Source: Actinomycetota bacterium (lineage in GTDB: Bacteria > Actinomycetota > UBA4738). Taken from it: DNA of 38,221 nucleotides. The notes below the pieces were generated by a model. The model was not told where the DNA came from. It was given only the letters and a program-made list of their open reading frames with translations, and did no database searches. Position numbers and translations under genes: made by a program. The stretch covers positions 1 to 38,221 of the forward strand of contig JBKPGU010000125.1 of assembly GCA_046729535.1 (NCBI GenBank), written 5' to 3'. Positions 16,312-24,596 of this stretch are shown piece by piece; the first letter of the stretch is position 1, and the number at the start of each line of letters is the position of its first letter.

Positions 16312-17679
16312 TCAATCCGTCCCTTGAGTCGGGATCGGGGTTCGGCTGATCGTCTCCATGAGCAGGACCCGGTGCGGCTCCAGCCGTGCGATGGCCCGTT
16401 CGTCGAAGGGGCGGTTCCCGTAGCGGACGTCCTCGTAGGCGCGGGTCAGGACGGTGAACTCCGCCGCGCACGCCGGCAGGCTTTCGATCACCGCTCGAAG
16501 GTACTCCCCCGGCGTCTCCGCGGGGGGCTTGGGCAGCCCCCGCCGCTGCAACGCCAGGAGCGCCTGCGCGTACCAGCGCCGAACGGTGTCGGTGGGCAGC
16601 TCCGGCCCGAAACGCCGTCGCTTCCGACGAGCTCGCAGCATCGCGTACGGGGTGGCCTTCGCCTCCGCCTCGGACATGTCCGAAGGACGGAACCGCTCGA
16701 TCAGCTCGCGGCGCCGGCGGAGGGCCCGGACCAGGAGGACGCCGACCACGACGAAGAACAGGAGGCCCAGGATGCGGTTCAGCGCCGAGGCGTGCCCCAG
16801 GTGGCCCTGGCGGGTCGTCTGCCCGAACCCTTCGAGGTTCTCCGCGGCCCGACTGAGCGCCTCGAGGTTGAGGTGAAGGGTGGTAACCACCCAGTTGAGC
16901 GGCCGGAGGAGCACCTTGGCCAGGGCGAACGCCATCAGGCCGATCAGCTCGGCCCCGACGCGGAACAAGCCCTGCCCGACCCACTGGAGCGCGCCGCCTC
17001 GTCTCCCCAGCACGCCGGCCATCACCAGAACGGCCGCCAGGGCGGCAACGATGATCACCGTGGTCCGGAGCCACCGACGGGGCTCGCGCTCGTCGGTCTC
17101 CTCGCGGGCGGGACGACTGCTAAGCCGGACGCTGGCCGCCCGGGAGGCCAGGGACCCCAGGAAGAACTGCGCGATGATCGGCGTGAGGAGCGGGCGCCAC
17201 CCCACCGTCTCGCTGGACCCGATCAACACCTCAAGCAGAAGGACCGCGGCGCCGGCGGCGAACGAGCCTCGGATGGGATCCCTCCAGTCGCGGATGGCCA
17301 GCGCCACGACCCGGAAGCCAAGGAGGAGTGCGAGGACCACTCCGGTAACGGCCGGGAGCGTCCCCCCGGAACCCCACACCAAGCCCTGCAGCACCCCGAG
17401 GACGATGGCCGCCCCAGCGACCACGGAGGGCAGGGTCCTGAACCTCCGGAGGGCGGTCGACACGCCCACCGACCCGACGAAGAGCGCCACGAACGCCGGA
17501 TAGACCACCATCGGGCCGCCGGTGGCATCGAAGCCGTCGATCGCCATGGCCTTGAAGGGCAGGAACAGGACGGCGGCTTCCCCGAGGGCGGCCAGAGCCG
17601 CCGGCAGCACGCTCCGCCGGTCGAGGGCGGCCGCGGCAGGATCGGCCTCCTCCCCGAGCAGGGTTCGCCAGGAGCTCAC
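16312..17679 (-). CDS. polytopic membrane protein with a C-terminal DUF4129 domain (third gene of the MoxR-DUF58 module; no transglutaminase Cys-His-Asp core seen)
   Basis: The in-frame GTG at 17679 overlaps the DUF58 stop (GTGA). At least 6 hydrophobic helices. C-terminal TPGEYLRAVIESLP...FTVLTRAYEDVRYGNRP is typical of DUF4129. The 804-aa ORF-track version reads through DUF58 out of frame and is rejected. Confidence 0.7.
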   Translation of the reverse strand: MSSWRTLLGEEADPAAAALDRRSVLPAALAALGEAAVLFLPFKAMAIDGFDATGGPMVVYPAFVALFVGSVGVSTALRRFRTLPSVVAGAAIVLGVLQGLVWGSGGTLPAVTGVVLALLLGFRVVALAIRDWRDPIRGSFAAGAAVLLLEVLIGSSETVGWRPLLTPIIAQFFLGSLASRAASVRLSSRPAREETDEREPRRWLRTTVIIVAALAAVLVMAGVLGRRGGALQWVGQGLFRVGAELIGLMAFALAKVLLRPLNWVVTTLHLNLEALSRAAENLEGFGQTTRQGHLGHASALNRILGLLFFVVVGVLLVRALRRRRELIERFRPSDMSEAEAKATPYAMLRARRKRRRFGPELPTDTVRRWYAQALLALQRRGLPKPPAETPGEYLRAVIESLPACAAEFTVLTRAYEDVRYGNRPFDERAIARLEPHRVLLMETISRTPIPTQGTD

Positions 17680-18755
17680 GACGGCACCGCCGTCAACGGC
17701 GACAGATGAACGACCTGCGCGCCCCGCCGTCGCAACACGTCCATCTCCTCCGCGAGCCACCTCCCCGGCCTGGGCGAGATGACGACCGCCGTGCTGTCCC
17801 GTCCGAGGCGCCGACCGGCCTCCCGGAGGACCGGAGCGAGGTCCGAGGTCGCCTCGTTCGGCATCCTGGCCATCGCGGCGAACAGCGTGGCTTCGTGCCC
17901 CCGCGAAGCCGAGGCGGGGATCCTCAGGGGACCCCGGCCCTGGGTCAGATGGGTGTTCGCCACCAGCCCGACCCGCCAACCGGCGGCGATGGCTTGCCTG
18001 GCCAGGAAGCTCGCCCAGCCGATGGTGTCCTCGGCGACCTCGGGGAAGATCTGATCCCAGAACGGCTCGCCGGCTGCGAGGTCGAGCACCAGCAGGACGT
18101 CGGCGCTCCTGGTTGGCTCGAACAGCTTCGTCTGCAGCGTGGCGGCATGACCGGTCAGCTTCCAGTGGATGCGGTTCAGCGGGTCCCCCGGCTCGTAGGG
18201 ACGGACCCCCGCGAATCGCTCGCGGGCCTCGAACATGCGGCTGGCACGGGTGGGGGCGCCGAACGGCAGAAGGCGCCGAACCTCCATCGGCACGCCGATC
18301 CGAGGCTGCGGCATCACCAGCAGGTCGGCCTGGGGCTTCAGCTCCCGGCTGAGGGGGGCCAGGTCGAACGGGTCGGAGATGTCCAGCCGCACTCGCTCCA
18401 GCCAGTATTCGCCCCGTCGGCTGACCCGAACGGGCAACTCCAACAGGGCCTCGGATCGCGACGGCATCGAGATCCGGCGAACGAAGCCCCTGATCGTGGT
18501 TGGACCGGTCACGTCGCCGGGGCGAAGGCCGCGGGGCAGCCACACGCTGGCTCGCACGATAGGGACGGGGAACCGCTTGCCGTTCGTCACCCGAACTTCG
18601 AGCGTCACCGTCTCTCCCGAGAACGCCCTCGATGGACGGAACTGCGCGGATGCATCGACCTTCCGCCAGGCCAGGCGCGACCATGCGGCGGCCGCCCCCG
18701 TCAGGGCTCCCAATCCAACGGCCCACAACAAGAGCGGAACGTTCGCGGAGACCAC
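17676..18755 (-). CDS. DUF58 domain protein (degenerate vWA-like partner of MoxR ATPases)
   Basis: N-terminal TM region. DUF58 core ..GEYWLERVRLDISDPFDL.. and FAGVRPYEPGDPLNRIHWK. vWA-like DVLLVLDLAAG. The first canonical start is GTG at 18755, but hydrophobic in-frame sequence continues upstream (see findings). Confidence 0.8.
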   Translation of the reverse strand: MVSANVPLLLWAVGLGALTGAAAAWSRLAWRKVDASAQFRPSRAFSGETVTLEVRVTNGKRFPVPIVRASVWLPRGLRPGDVTGPTTIRGFVRRISMPSRSEALLELPVRVSRRGEYWLERVRLDISDPFDLAPLSRELKPQADLLVMPQPRIGVPMEVRRLLPFGAPTRASRMFEARERFAGVRPYEPGDPLNRIHWKLTGHAATLQTKLFEPTRSADVLLVLDLAAGEPFWDQIFPEVAEDTIGWASFLARQAIAAGWRVGLVANTHLTQGRGPLRIPASASRGHEATLFAAMARMPNEATSDLAPVLREAGRRLGRDSTAVVISPRPGRWLAEEMDVLRRRGAQVVHLSPLTAVPS

Positions 18756-18834
18756 CCCGATCAGGCCGAGGGCCAGCGTCAGGAAGAGGAGGGCGCCTCT
18801 GCGGTCGGACGTGTTCGTGATGCGCCTCCCGCCA

Positions 18835-19803
18835 TCAGTCGGAGCTCTTGGCCCCCTGGAACTCGACCGGCACCGGAACCTCCCGCACGACCTCCTGGAG
18901 GACCTCCTCGGCCTCCCGGTCGCGGATCCTGGCGTCGGTGGTCAGCACCAGCCGGTGGGTCAGGACCGGGCCGGCCAGGGCCTTCACGTCGTCGGGGAGG
19001 ACGTACTCCCGGCCGTCCAGCAGGGCCCGGCCCCGAACGGCATCCCCAAGGTGCTCCACGGCCCGGGGGCTCGCGCCGACCTGGATCTCCGGATGCTGGC
19101 GGGTGGCCCGGGCCAGCGACACGATGTAGCGCCGCACCGGTTGTTCGATCCGGACGTCCTCGACCAACCGCCGGATGTCCATCAGGTCGGGAACATCGGG
19201 CAGCGACGTGGCCGGAACCGTCCGGGACCCCCGCCCCAACGTCAGGATGCGCTCCTCCTGCTCCTCGCTGGGATAGCCGAGGCGGACCCGAAGCAGGAAC
19301 CGGTCGAGCTGCGCCTCGGGAAGAGGGAAGGTGCCCTCCAGCTCGACGGGGTTCTGAGTGGCAAGCACGAAAAAGGGGTCGGGCAGCGGGTAGGTCACGC
19401 CGTCCACCGTGACCTGGCGCTCCTGCATCGCTTCAAGGAGGGCGGCCTGGGTCTTCGGCGTGGCGCGGTTGATCTCGTCCGCCAGGAGGATCTGGGCGAA
19501 GATCGGCCCCGGCCGGAATTCGAAGTCTTGGGTCTTCAAGTTGAGCACCGACGTGCCCGTGATATCCGACGGCATGAGGTCGGGGGTGAACTGGATCCGT
19601 GAGAACTTCAGTCCCAGCAGGCTGGCCAGCATCCGGATGAGCGTGGTCTTCCCCACTCCGGGAACGTCGTCGATCAGGACGTGCGAGTCGGTGAGGATCC
19701 CGATCAACACCAGCCCGAGCGGTTCACGAACCCCGAAAAGCCGGCCCTCGATGCGTTCGGCGAGAGCGGCGATGAACGCGCGAGCTCGATCCGGGCCTTC
19801 CAC
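18835..19803 (-). CDS. MoxR-family AAA+ ATPase
   Basis: Walker A LIDDVPGVGKTTL. Walker B ILLADEINRATPKTQAALLEAMQE. NPVELEGTFPLPEAQLDRF. C-terminal lid GASPRA. Classic MoxR. Confidence 0.95.
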   Translation of the reverse strand: MEGPDRARAFIAALAERIEGRLFGVREPLGLVLIGILTDSHVLIDDVPGVGKTTLIRMLASLLGLKFSRIQFTPDLMPSDITGTSVLNLKTQDFEFRPGPIFAQILLADEINRATPKTQAALLEAMQERQVTVDGVTYPLPDPFFVLATQNPVELEGTFPLPEAQLDRFLLRVRLGYPSEEQEERILTLGRGSRTVPATSLPDVPDLMDIRRLVEDVRIEQPVRRYIVSLARATRQHPEIQVGASPRAVEHLGDAVRGRALLDGREYVLPDDVKALAGPVLTHRLVLTTDARIRDREAEEVLQEVVREVPVPVEFQGAKSSD

Positions 19804-19830
19804 GGAAAGAGGATAGCCCCGCAGGGAACG

Positions 19831-19864
19831 AAAAAGGGGCGGGATCGTGGTCCCGCCCCTTTCG
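19831..19864 (-). terminator. intrinsic (rho-independent) terminator, minus-strand sense
   Basis: AAAGGGGCGGGA (19833-19844), loop TCGTGG, TCCCGCCCCTTT (19851-19862): a 12-bp stem. On the minus strand the stem is followed by UUUUU (plus-strand A-run 19831-19835). It lies ~180 nt downstream of the stop at 20043 and 28 nt upstream of the MoxR start. Confidence 0.6.
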
Positions 19865-20042
19865 GCGCTCGGGCCGGTTTTTCGGTCAGGCCGCTCGGGC
19901 GGCGTGCCGCTTCAGCCTCCGGGATCTCGTTCTGGCGGAGCTGGGGGTCCGCCACGCGTAGAGGATCAGTCCACGGCACTGACGTGTCCCCGAAACCCCA
20001 CGCCGGGAATCCAGGGATGCCGGAAGGACCCGGGGCAGCCGC

Positions 20043-20756
20043 TCAGCGCATCTTCCGCACGAACGGAAGGACCTCCGGAGGCACCAGGGCCCCGACGTCC
20101 TCTCCGCGGTAAAGCCGTTCGCGCACCTCGCGCGAGGAGACCGACGCCACGTCCGGCGGGACTTCGAGCCGTTCGAACGACGACCGCCACCGGACGTTCT
20201 CGGCGCGAAAGAGAACCTCCTCCACGGAGCCCTCCTCACCCGAGCGGTTGGCGTACAGCACGCGCGCGTAGGCGAACATCCCGGTGAGGACCGAGTCCCG
20301 GTCTGCGTACCAATTCGGATCCAGCACCTGGAGCGCCTTGTCCGATCCCATGACCAGGAACACCCCCGCCGCCGGGAACCGGCGATGGGCCGCCTCGGCC
20401 TGCTCGGCCAAGAGCCCATGGGACGCGAGAGCCGGGACGGCACGCTCGCGGTTCCGGGCGAACGCCTCCAGCACCCGCAGCCGGTCACGTTCGGAGAGGA
20501 GCGGCGCCGGCCCGTGACGTGCTTTTGGGAGGGTTCGGGTCGAGTACACCAGGAGGACGAGGTCGGCGCGGTCGGCGGCCGCATCGGCCAGGGCGGCGTG
20601 CCCGATGGTGATCGGATCGAACGATCCGGACAGCAGGGCCACCGTCGACGGATCGGCCGTCGACGCCGGGACGAGCAGCGTTGGGCGTTCGGCCCGAAGG
20701 AGCGCCTCGTCGAGCCGGTCGTAGAGCGAGGTCGGATCCCGCCGCCGCCCAGTCAT
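20043..20756 (-). CDS. cytidylyltransferase-fold nucleotidyltransferase, NadD (nicotinate/nicotinamide mononucleotide adenylyltransferase)-like
   Basis: ATG at 20756. (H/T)xGH motif LLSGSFDPITIGHAAL and C-terminal ISSTxxR-like VSSREVRERL. The ORF-track start at 20861 adds an Arg/Pro-rich extension that overlaps the divergent gene. Confidence 0.7.
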   Translation of the reverse strand: MTGRRRDPTSLYDRLDEALLRAERPTLLVPASTADPSTVALLSGSFDPITIGHAALADAAADRADLVLLVYSTRTLPKARHGPAPLLSERDRLRVLEAFARNRERAVPALASHGLLAEQAEAAHRRFPAAGVFLVMGSDKALQVLDPNWYADRDSVLTGMFAYARVLYANRSGEEGSVEEVLFRAENVRWRSSFERLEVPPDVASVSSREVRERLYRGEDVGALVPPEVLPFVRKMR

Positions 20757-20773
20757 CTCCCTACGATGACCGG

Positions 20774-21544
20774 ATGGACGACGCGTGGGCAAGGGTCGAG
20801 GGGGCGGCCGCAGACCTCGACTCCGGAGCCGCCCAGGTCGCTCGGAAGGCCGCAGCTGCACTGATGGAGCTCCCAGGGGAACGGGTCCATGAAGCCGTGG
20901 AGGCCTTGCTCCGTGGCCATCCGACCATGGCCCCCCTGTGGCGTCTGGCGAACGACGTGCTGGCCACGACCGACGCTGCCGATGCGGCCCGCTCGTTCCT
21001 CGCCCAGCTCGACGAAGACGGACAGGCCGCCGCGACGGTGGCCACGCAACTTCCCGATCGTGTCCTCACCCTGTCGTATTCCACCACCGTTGTCGCCGCG
21101 ATCCGTCTCCGAAGACCCTTGCAGACCGTCTGCATGCGGTCGGAACCGGGCGGGGAGGGGTGGCGGGTTGCGGAGCAGACGCGAGACGTCACCACGCCGA
21201 TCCTGCTGGACGACGACGAAGCCTTGGAGAAGATCCCTGCCGACGCCGTGCTCGTCGGAGCCGATGCCGTCACCCCGGATGGCGTCGTCAACAAGGTGAA
21301 GACCCGGGCGCTCGCTGAAGCGGCGCAGGCGAAGGGCATCCGTCGCTACGCGGTGGCGGGAGCCACGAAGTTCGTCGGCTCCTCGCTCCCCCTCCGGCCG
21401 GCCTTCGAGGTCACGCCGCTCGACCTGTTCACGGCGATCGCGGTCCCGCGCAGGCTCCTCTCGGCCGGCGAGGCCCGCGCCCGCGCCGAAGAGATCCGGC
21501 TAGGAGATGAGCTGCAGCGGCTCCTGGCGACCCTCGGCGGGTGA
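20774..21544 (+). CDS. eIF-2B alpha/beta/delta-like (IF-2B family; sugar-phosphate isomerase-like) protein, short form
   Basis: ATG at 20774. The C-terminal half ..VLTLSYSTTVVAAI...LLDDDEALEKIPADAVLVGADAVTPDGVVNKVKTRALAEAAQAKGIRRYAVAGATKF matches the IF-2B Rossmann-like domain (G(A/T)D.v...G.v.NK.GT..lA..A). At 256 aa it is shorter than MtnA or R15P isomerases. Confidence 0.6.
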   Translation: MDDAWARVEGAAADLDSGAAQVARKAAAALMELPGERVHEAVEALLRGHPTMAPLWRLANDVLATTDAADAARSFLAQLDEDGQAAATVATQLPDRVLTLSYSTTVVAAIRLRRPLQTVCMRSEPGGEGWRVAEQTRDVTTPILLDDDEALEKIPADAVLVGADAVTPDGVVNKVKTRALAEAAQAKGIRRYAVAGATKFVGSSLPLRPAFEVTPLDLFTAIAVPRRLLSAGEARARAEEIRLGDELQRLLATLGG

Positions 21545-21568
21545 GTTGCTCAGGCCCGGTGAGTTACC

Positions 21569-22240
21569 TCAGACCATGTCGCTCACCGCGGCAGGGAGCT
21601 CCTTCCGGATGCCGGTGATGAACGGCACCTCGACCTTCGTGTAGCGGCGAGCCTCGGCGGAACGCAGCCGGCGGATGCAGTCCACCAGGCGGGGAAGGTC
21701 GTCCGCCTCGAAGGCCAAGATCCACTCCCAATCGCCGAGGCCGAAGGCGCTGGTCGTGTTCGCCAGGACGTCGGGGAATTCCCTCCCCAGCTCGCCGTGC
21801 TCGGAGAGCAGGGTCGAACGTTCCTCGCGGGGGAGCAGGTACCACTCCGGGGTCCGAACGAACGGATAGACGCACAGGTACCTCTTGGAGTCCTGGCCCT
21901 TGAGGAAGGCCGGGAGATGGTCCGCCGCGAACTCGGCGGGCCGGACCACGCCCAGAAACGCCCGGGCCAGCTCCAGCCGCTTGCCGAGGGCCGTTCGCCC
22001 GAAGGCCACCATCAGGTCCTGGACGTCCTCGGGATAGCTCCCCACCCACCACATCATCAGGTCCGCGTCCGGCCGGAAGCCCACCGTGGAGTACGTCCCC
22101 CGGACCGTCACCCGGTCCGCCCATTCCTTGAACAGGATCTCGGCCTCGTGGGCGATCTGCTCGAGGTCGCTGGCCGGCCGGTCCCCCAGCTCGGGCCTCC
22201 CCGTGAACACCGGGTAGTACGCGTACTTCACATCGTCCAT
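21569..22240 (-). CDS. hemQ: coproheme decarboxylase (HemQ/ChdC, chlorite-dismutase family)
   Basis: ATG at 22240 with GGGAGG upstream. YYPVFTG....YSTVGFRPDADLMMWW...KRYLCVYPFVRTPEWYLLPREER...FGLGDWEWILAFEADD are typical of actinobacterial HemQ. Last gene of the haem operon, overlapping the hemY stop by 13 nt. Confidence 0.9.
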   Translation of the reverse strand: MDDVKYAYYPVFTGRPELGDRPASDLEQIAHEAEILFKEWADRVTVRGTYSTVGFRPDADLMMWWVGSYPEDVQDLMVAFGRTALGKRLELARAFLGVVRPAEFAADHLPAFLKGQDSKRYLCVYPFVRTPEWYLLPREERSTLLSEHGELGREFPDVLANTTSAFGLGDWEWILAFEADDLPRLVDCIRRLRSAEARRYTKVEVPFITGIRKELPAAVSDMV

Positions 22241-23670
22241 CCGATGGCCTCCCGTTCCTCGGTTTCCTGGTCCGTCCCGGCCTTGTCGTTCGACGGAAAC
22301 AGGAACCCGGCCACCCGACCGGCCACCTCTCCCGCCTGCCGGATGCAATCCGCGATCCCCACCCCTCGGTAGGCCGAACCCGCCACGAAGATACCCGGCG
22401 TGGCGAGGAGCGCCCGGTCGATCTCGTCCACCCGATCCAGATGCCCGACCTCGTACTGAGGCATCGCGTGAGGCCACCTGATCACCCGGGCGGCCTCCGG
22501 AGGAGCCGGCATCGGAACGGCCGCTCCGGACTCGGCCCGGACCCGATCGATCATCTCGCCGTCGGGGAGGTCGAGGGCCTCCTCCGACCCGGCCCGTCCC
22601 ACGAAGCACCGTACGACCGCCCGGCCGCCTAAGTCTTGCGAGGGCCACTTTCGGGAGATCCACGTGCATGCCGTCATCGTGCCCGGCCCGATGGGAGTCA
22701 CGAATCCGGTCCCATCCGGCAGCCGATCGGCCGTGCCTTCCGGGTATGCCAGGATCACCACCGCGGTGGAGGCGTACGGGATCGCGGCCAGACCCTTCGC
22801 CGCGTGCGGGTTGAGGTCGGCGAGCAGGCGCGAAGATCCGTGGGCCGGCGCGGCGAGGACGACGGCGTCGGCCTCCTCCTCACCGGAGTCGGTGCGGAGA
22901 CGGTACCGGCCGCTTTCCTCGCGGACCCCGAGCACGCCGGTGCCCAGGCGCAGGCGTTCCGGACCGAGGCGCGAGGCCAGCGCGTCGACGAGCCCGTCGA
23001 GCCCGCCCCACACGGTGGCGAACATCGGCCCGCGCGACGGTCCGGCCTTCAGGGCGGCCCTCGCTCCTCGGATCAGGCCGCCGTGCAGCCGCTCCCAATC
23101 GGCGAGCTCCGGAAAGGTCGCCGCCGTGCTGAGCCGGTCCGGGTCGCCGGCGTGCAGGCCCGCCAGGAGGGGCTCGACCATGACCCCGGCCGCCCGGCCG
23201 CCCAGGCGACGCCGCAACAGGCGCCCCAGCGGCTCGTCCTCCCCGCCGCGCCGGACGGGGCGGTAGAGGTCCAAGGCCGCCCGCAGCCGCGCCGGCTGCG
23301 GGATGCCGTCCCACCGGAGCAGGTCGCCCACTCGCGAAGGGACGCCGAAGGCGGATCGTGGCGGGAAGGGCCGTAGCCTTCCTCTCGTCCAGACGAAAGC
23401 CCCGGTGGCCCCGGGCACGACCAGCCTGTCCTGCAGGCCGAGCTCCGTGCACAGATCGACCGCCCAGGGCTTCCGGACCACGAACGAGTCGGCTCCGGCC
23501 TCGACTCGGATGCCACCCACCTCGACGGTCCTGATCTTGCCGCCGGCCCGGTCGTCCGAGTCGAACACGATCACCTCGGCGCCCCCGCCCAACGATCGGT
23601 CCAGGCGGTAGGCAACCGTCAGCCCGGTGATGCCGGCGCCCACCACGGCCACCCGGGGGCGAGCGGGCAT
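22228..23670 (-). CDS. hemY: coproporphyrinogen III / protoporphyrinogen oxidase (HemY/CgoX, FAD-dependent)
   Basis: ATG at 23670 (TGATG junction with the hemH stop). FAD dinucleotide fold RVAVVGAGITGLTVAYRL. C-terminal ...PQYEVGH...GIFVAGSAYRGVGIADCI. Confidence 0.9.
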   Translation of the reverse strand: MPARPRVAVVGAGITGLTVAYRLDRSLGGGAEVIVFDSDDRAGGKIRTVEVGGIRVEAGADSFVVRKPWAVDLCTELGLQDRLVVPGATGAFVWTRGRLRPFPPRSAFGVPSRVGDLLRWDGIPQPARLRAALDLYRPVRRGGEDEPLGRLLRRRLGGRAAGVMVEPLLAGLHAGDPDRLSTAATFPELADWERLHGGLIRGARAALKAGPSRGPMFATVWGGLDGLVDALASRLGPERLRLGTGVLGVREESGRYRLRTDSGEEEADAVVLAAPAHGSSRLLADLNPHAAKGLAAIPYASTAVVILAYPEGTADRLPDGTGFVTPIGPGTMTACTWISRKWPSQDLGGRAVVRCFVGRAGSEEALDLPDGEMIDRVRAESGAAVPMPAPPEAARVIRWPHAMPQYEVGHLDRVDEIDRALLATPGIFVAGSAYRGVGIADCIRQAGEVAGRVAGFLFPSNDKAGTDQETEEREAIGWTM

Positions 23671-24596
23671 CACGGTCCCCGCGAGGCGAGATGGTCCAGG
23701 ACGACGTCGGCCAGCGCCCGGACGAATCGCGGATCGTCGTTCATCGACTCCGTCCGCACCAACCGGATGCCGGCTCCCGCCGCGACCTCCCGCGCTTCGA
23801 TGTCGAGGTCGTACAGGATCTCGAGATGATCGGCGACGAAACCGCAGGCGCACACCACGACGGCCGGATACCCCTTGGCGGCCAACTCCCGGATCAGCTC
23901 CGATAGGTCGGGGCCCAGCCAGGGCTCGGGCGTGCGGCCCGCGCTCTGCCAGGCCGTCGTGTGATCAGTGAGCCCGAGCTTGCCCGCCACGCGATCCGCG
24001 GTTTCCTGCAGCTCTCTCGGATACGGATCGCCCTCGTCGAGGATCCGCGCCGGCAAGCTGTGAGCGGAGAACACCACCATCGCCTCTTCCCGTTCGTCGG
24101 CGGGGAGCTTCTCCAAAGCATCCTCGACCCGCGACGACAGCACCTCGATGAAGCTGGGGTGATCGAACCAACTCCTGATGAACGTGAAGGAAGGGTCGCC
24201 CTCCTCGGCCGCCGCCTTCTCCACCCGTTCGATGTAGCTGCCCACGGACAACCCCGAGTAGTGCGGAGCGAGGACCAGTCCGAGAGCTTCCGCGATCCCG
24301 TCGGCCCGCATCATCCCAACGGCATCGGCGATGAACGGCGGCGAGTGCTTCATGCCCAGATACACGCAGAAACGATCCGGCTCACGTTCGTCCAGCACGC
24401 GCTGAAGCCCGGCGCCCTGTCGCTCGGTGATCTCGAGCAACGGGAAGCGATTGCCGATGGCCGCGTATCGAGCCTTCAGCTGTTCCACCAGCTCGGACGG
24501 AGGCGTCCGGCCGCCTCGGATGTCGGTGTAGTAGCGCTCGACGTCGTCGGGGCCTGCCGCCGTCCCGTAGGCCATGGCCAGGATGCCCGTGACCAT
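23670..24596 (-). CDS. hemH: coproporphyrin ferrochelatase (HemH/CpfC)
   Basis: ATG at 24596 (or GTG at 24599) at the hemE stop (GTGATG). ILAMAYGTA....YYTDIRGGR.P, MKHSPPFI, VVFSAHSLP, ACGFVADHLEILYDLD are ferrochelatase signatures. Confidence 0.9.
   Translation of the reverse strand: MVTGILAMAYGTAAGPDDVERYYTDIRGGRTPPSELVEQLKARYAAIGNRFPLLEITERQGAGLQRVLDEREPDRFCVYLGMKHSPPFIADAVGMMRADGIAEALGLVLAPHYSGLSVGSYIERVEKAAAEEGDPSFTFIRSWFDHPSFIEVLSSRVEDALEKLPADEREEAMVVFSAHSLPARILDEGDPYPRELQETADRVAGKLGLTDHTTAWQSAGRTPEPWLGPDLSELIRELAAKGYPAVVVCACGFVADHLEILYDLDIEAREVAAGAGIRLVRTESMNDDPRFVRALADVVLDHLASRGP

Noticed and set aside
16312-18726. An 804-aa minus-strand ORF taken as a single gene
   Set aside because: Its N-terminal ~350 aa are an out-of-frame read through the DUF58 gene (Arg/Gly/Pro-rich). 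Real coding begins at the in-frame GTG at 17679, which overlaps the DUF58 stop.
16222-19412. Long plus-strand ORFs 16222-17709 (495 aa), 17706-19412 (568 aa) and 18235-19602 (455 aa)
   Set aside because: They are antisense to the MoxR / DUF58 / DUF4129 operon, whose products carry clear Walker, DUF58 and TM signatures. The plus-strand translations are low-complexity Arg/Pro/Gly sequences.
21540-21565. An 8-nt direct repeat GGTGAGTT (21540-21547 and 21558-21565) in the convergent intergenic region
   Set aside because: It is too short to distinguish from chance. The first copy simply contains the stop codon of the eIF-2B-like gene.
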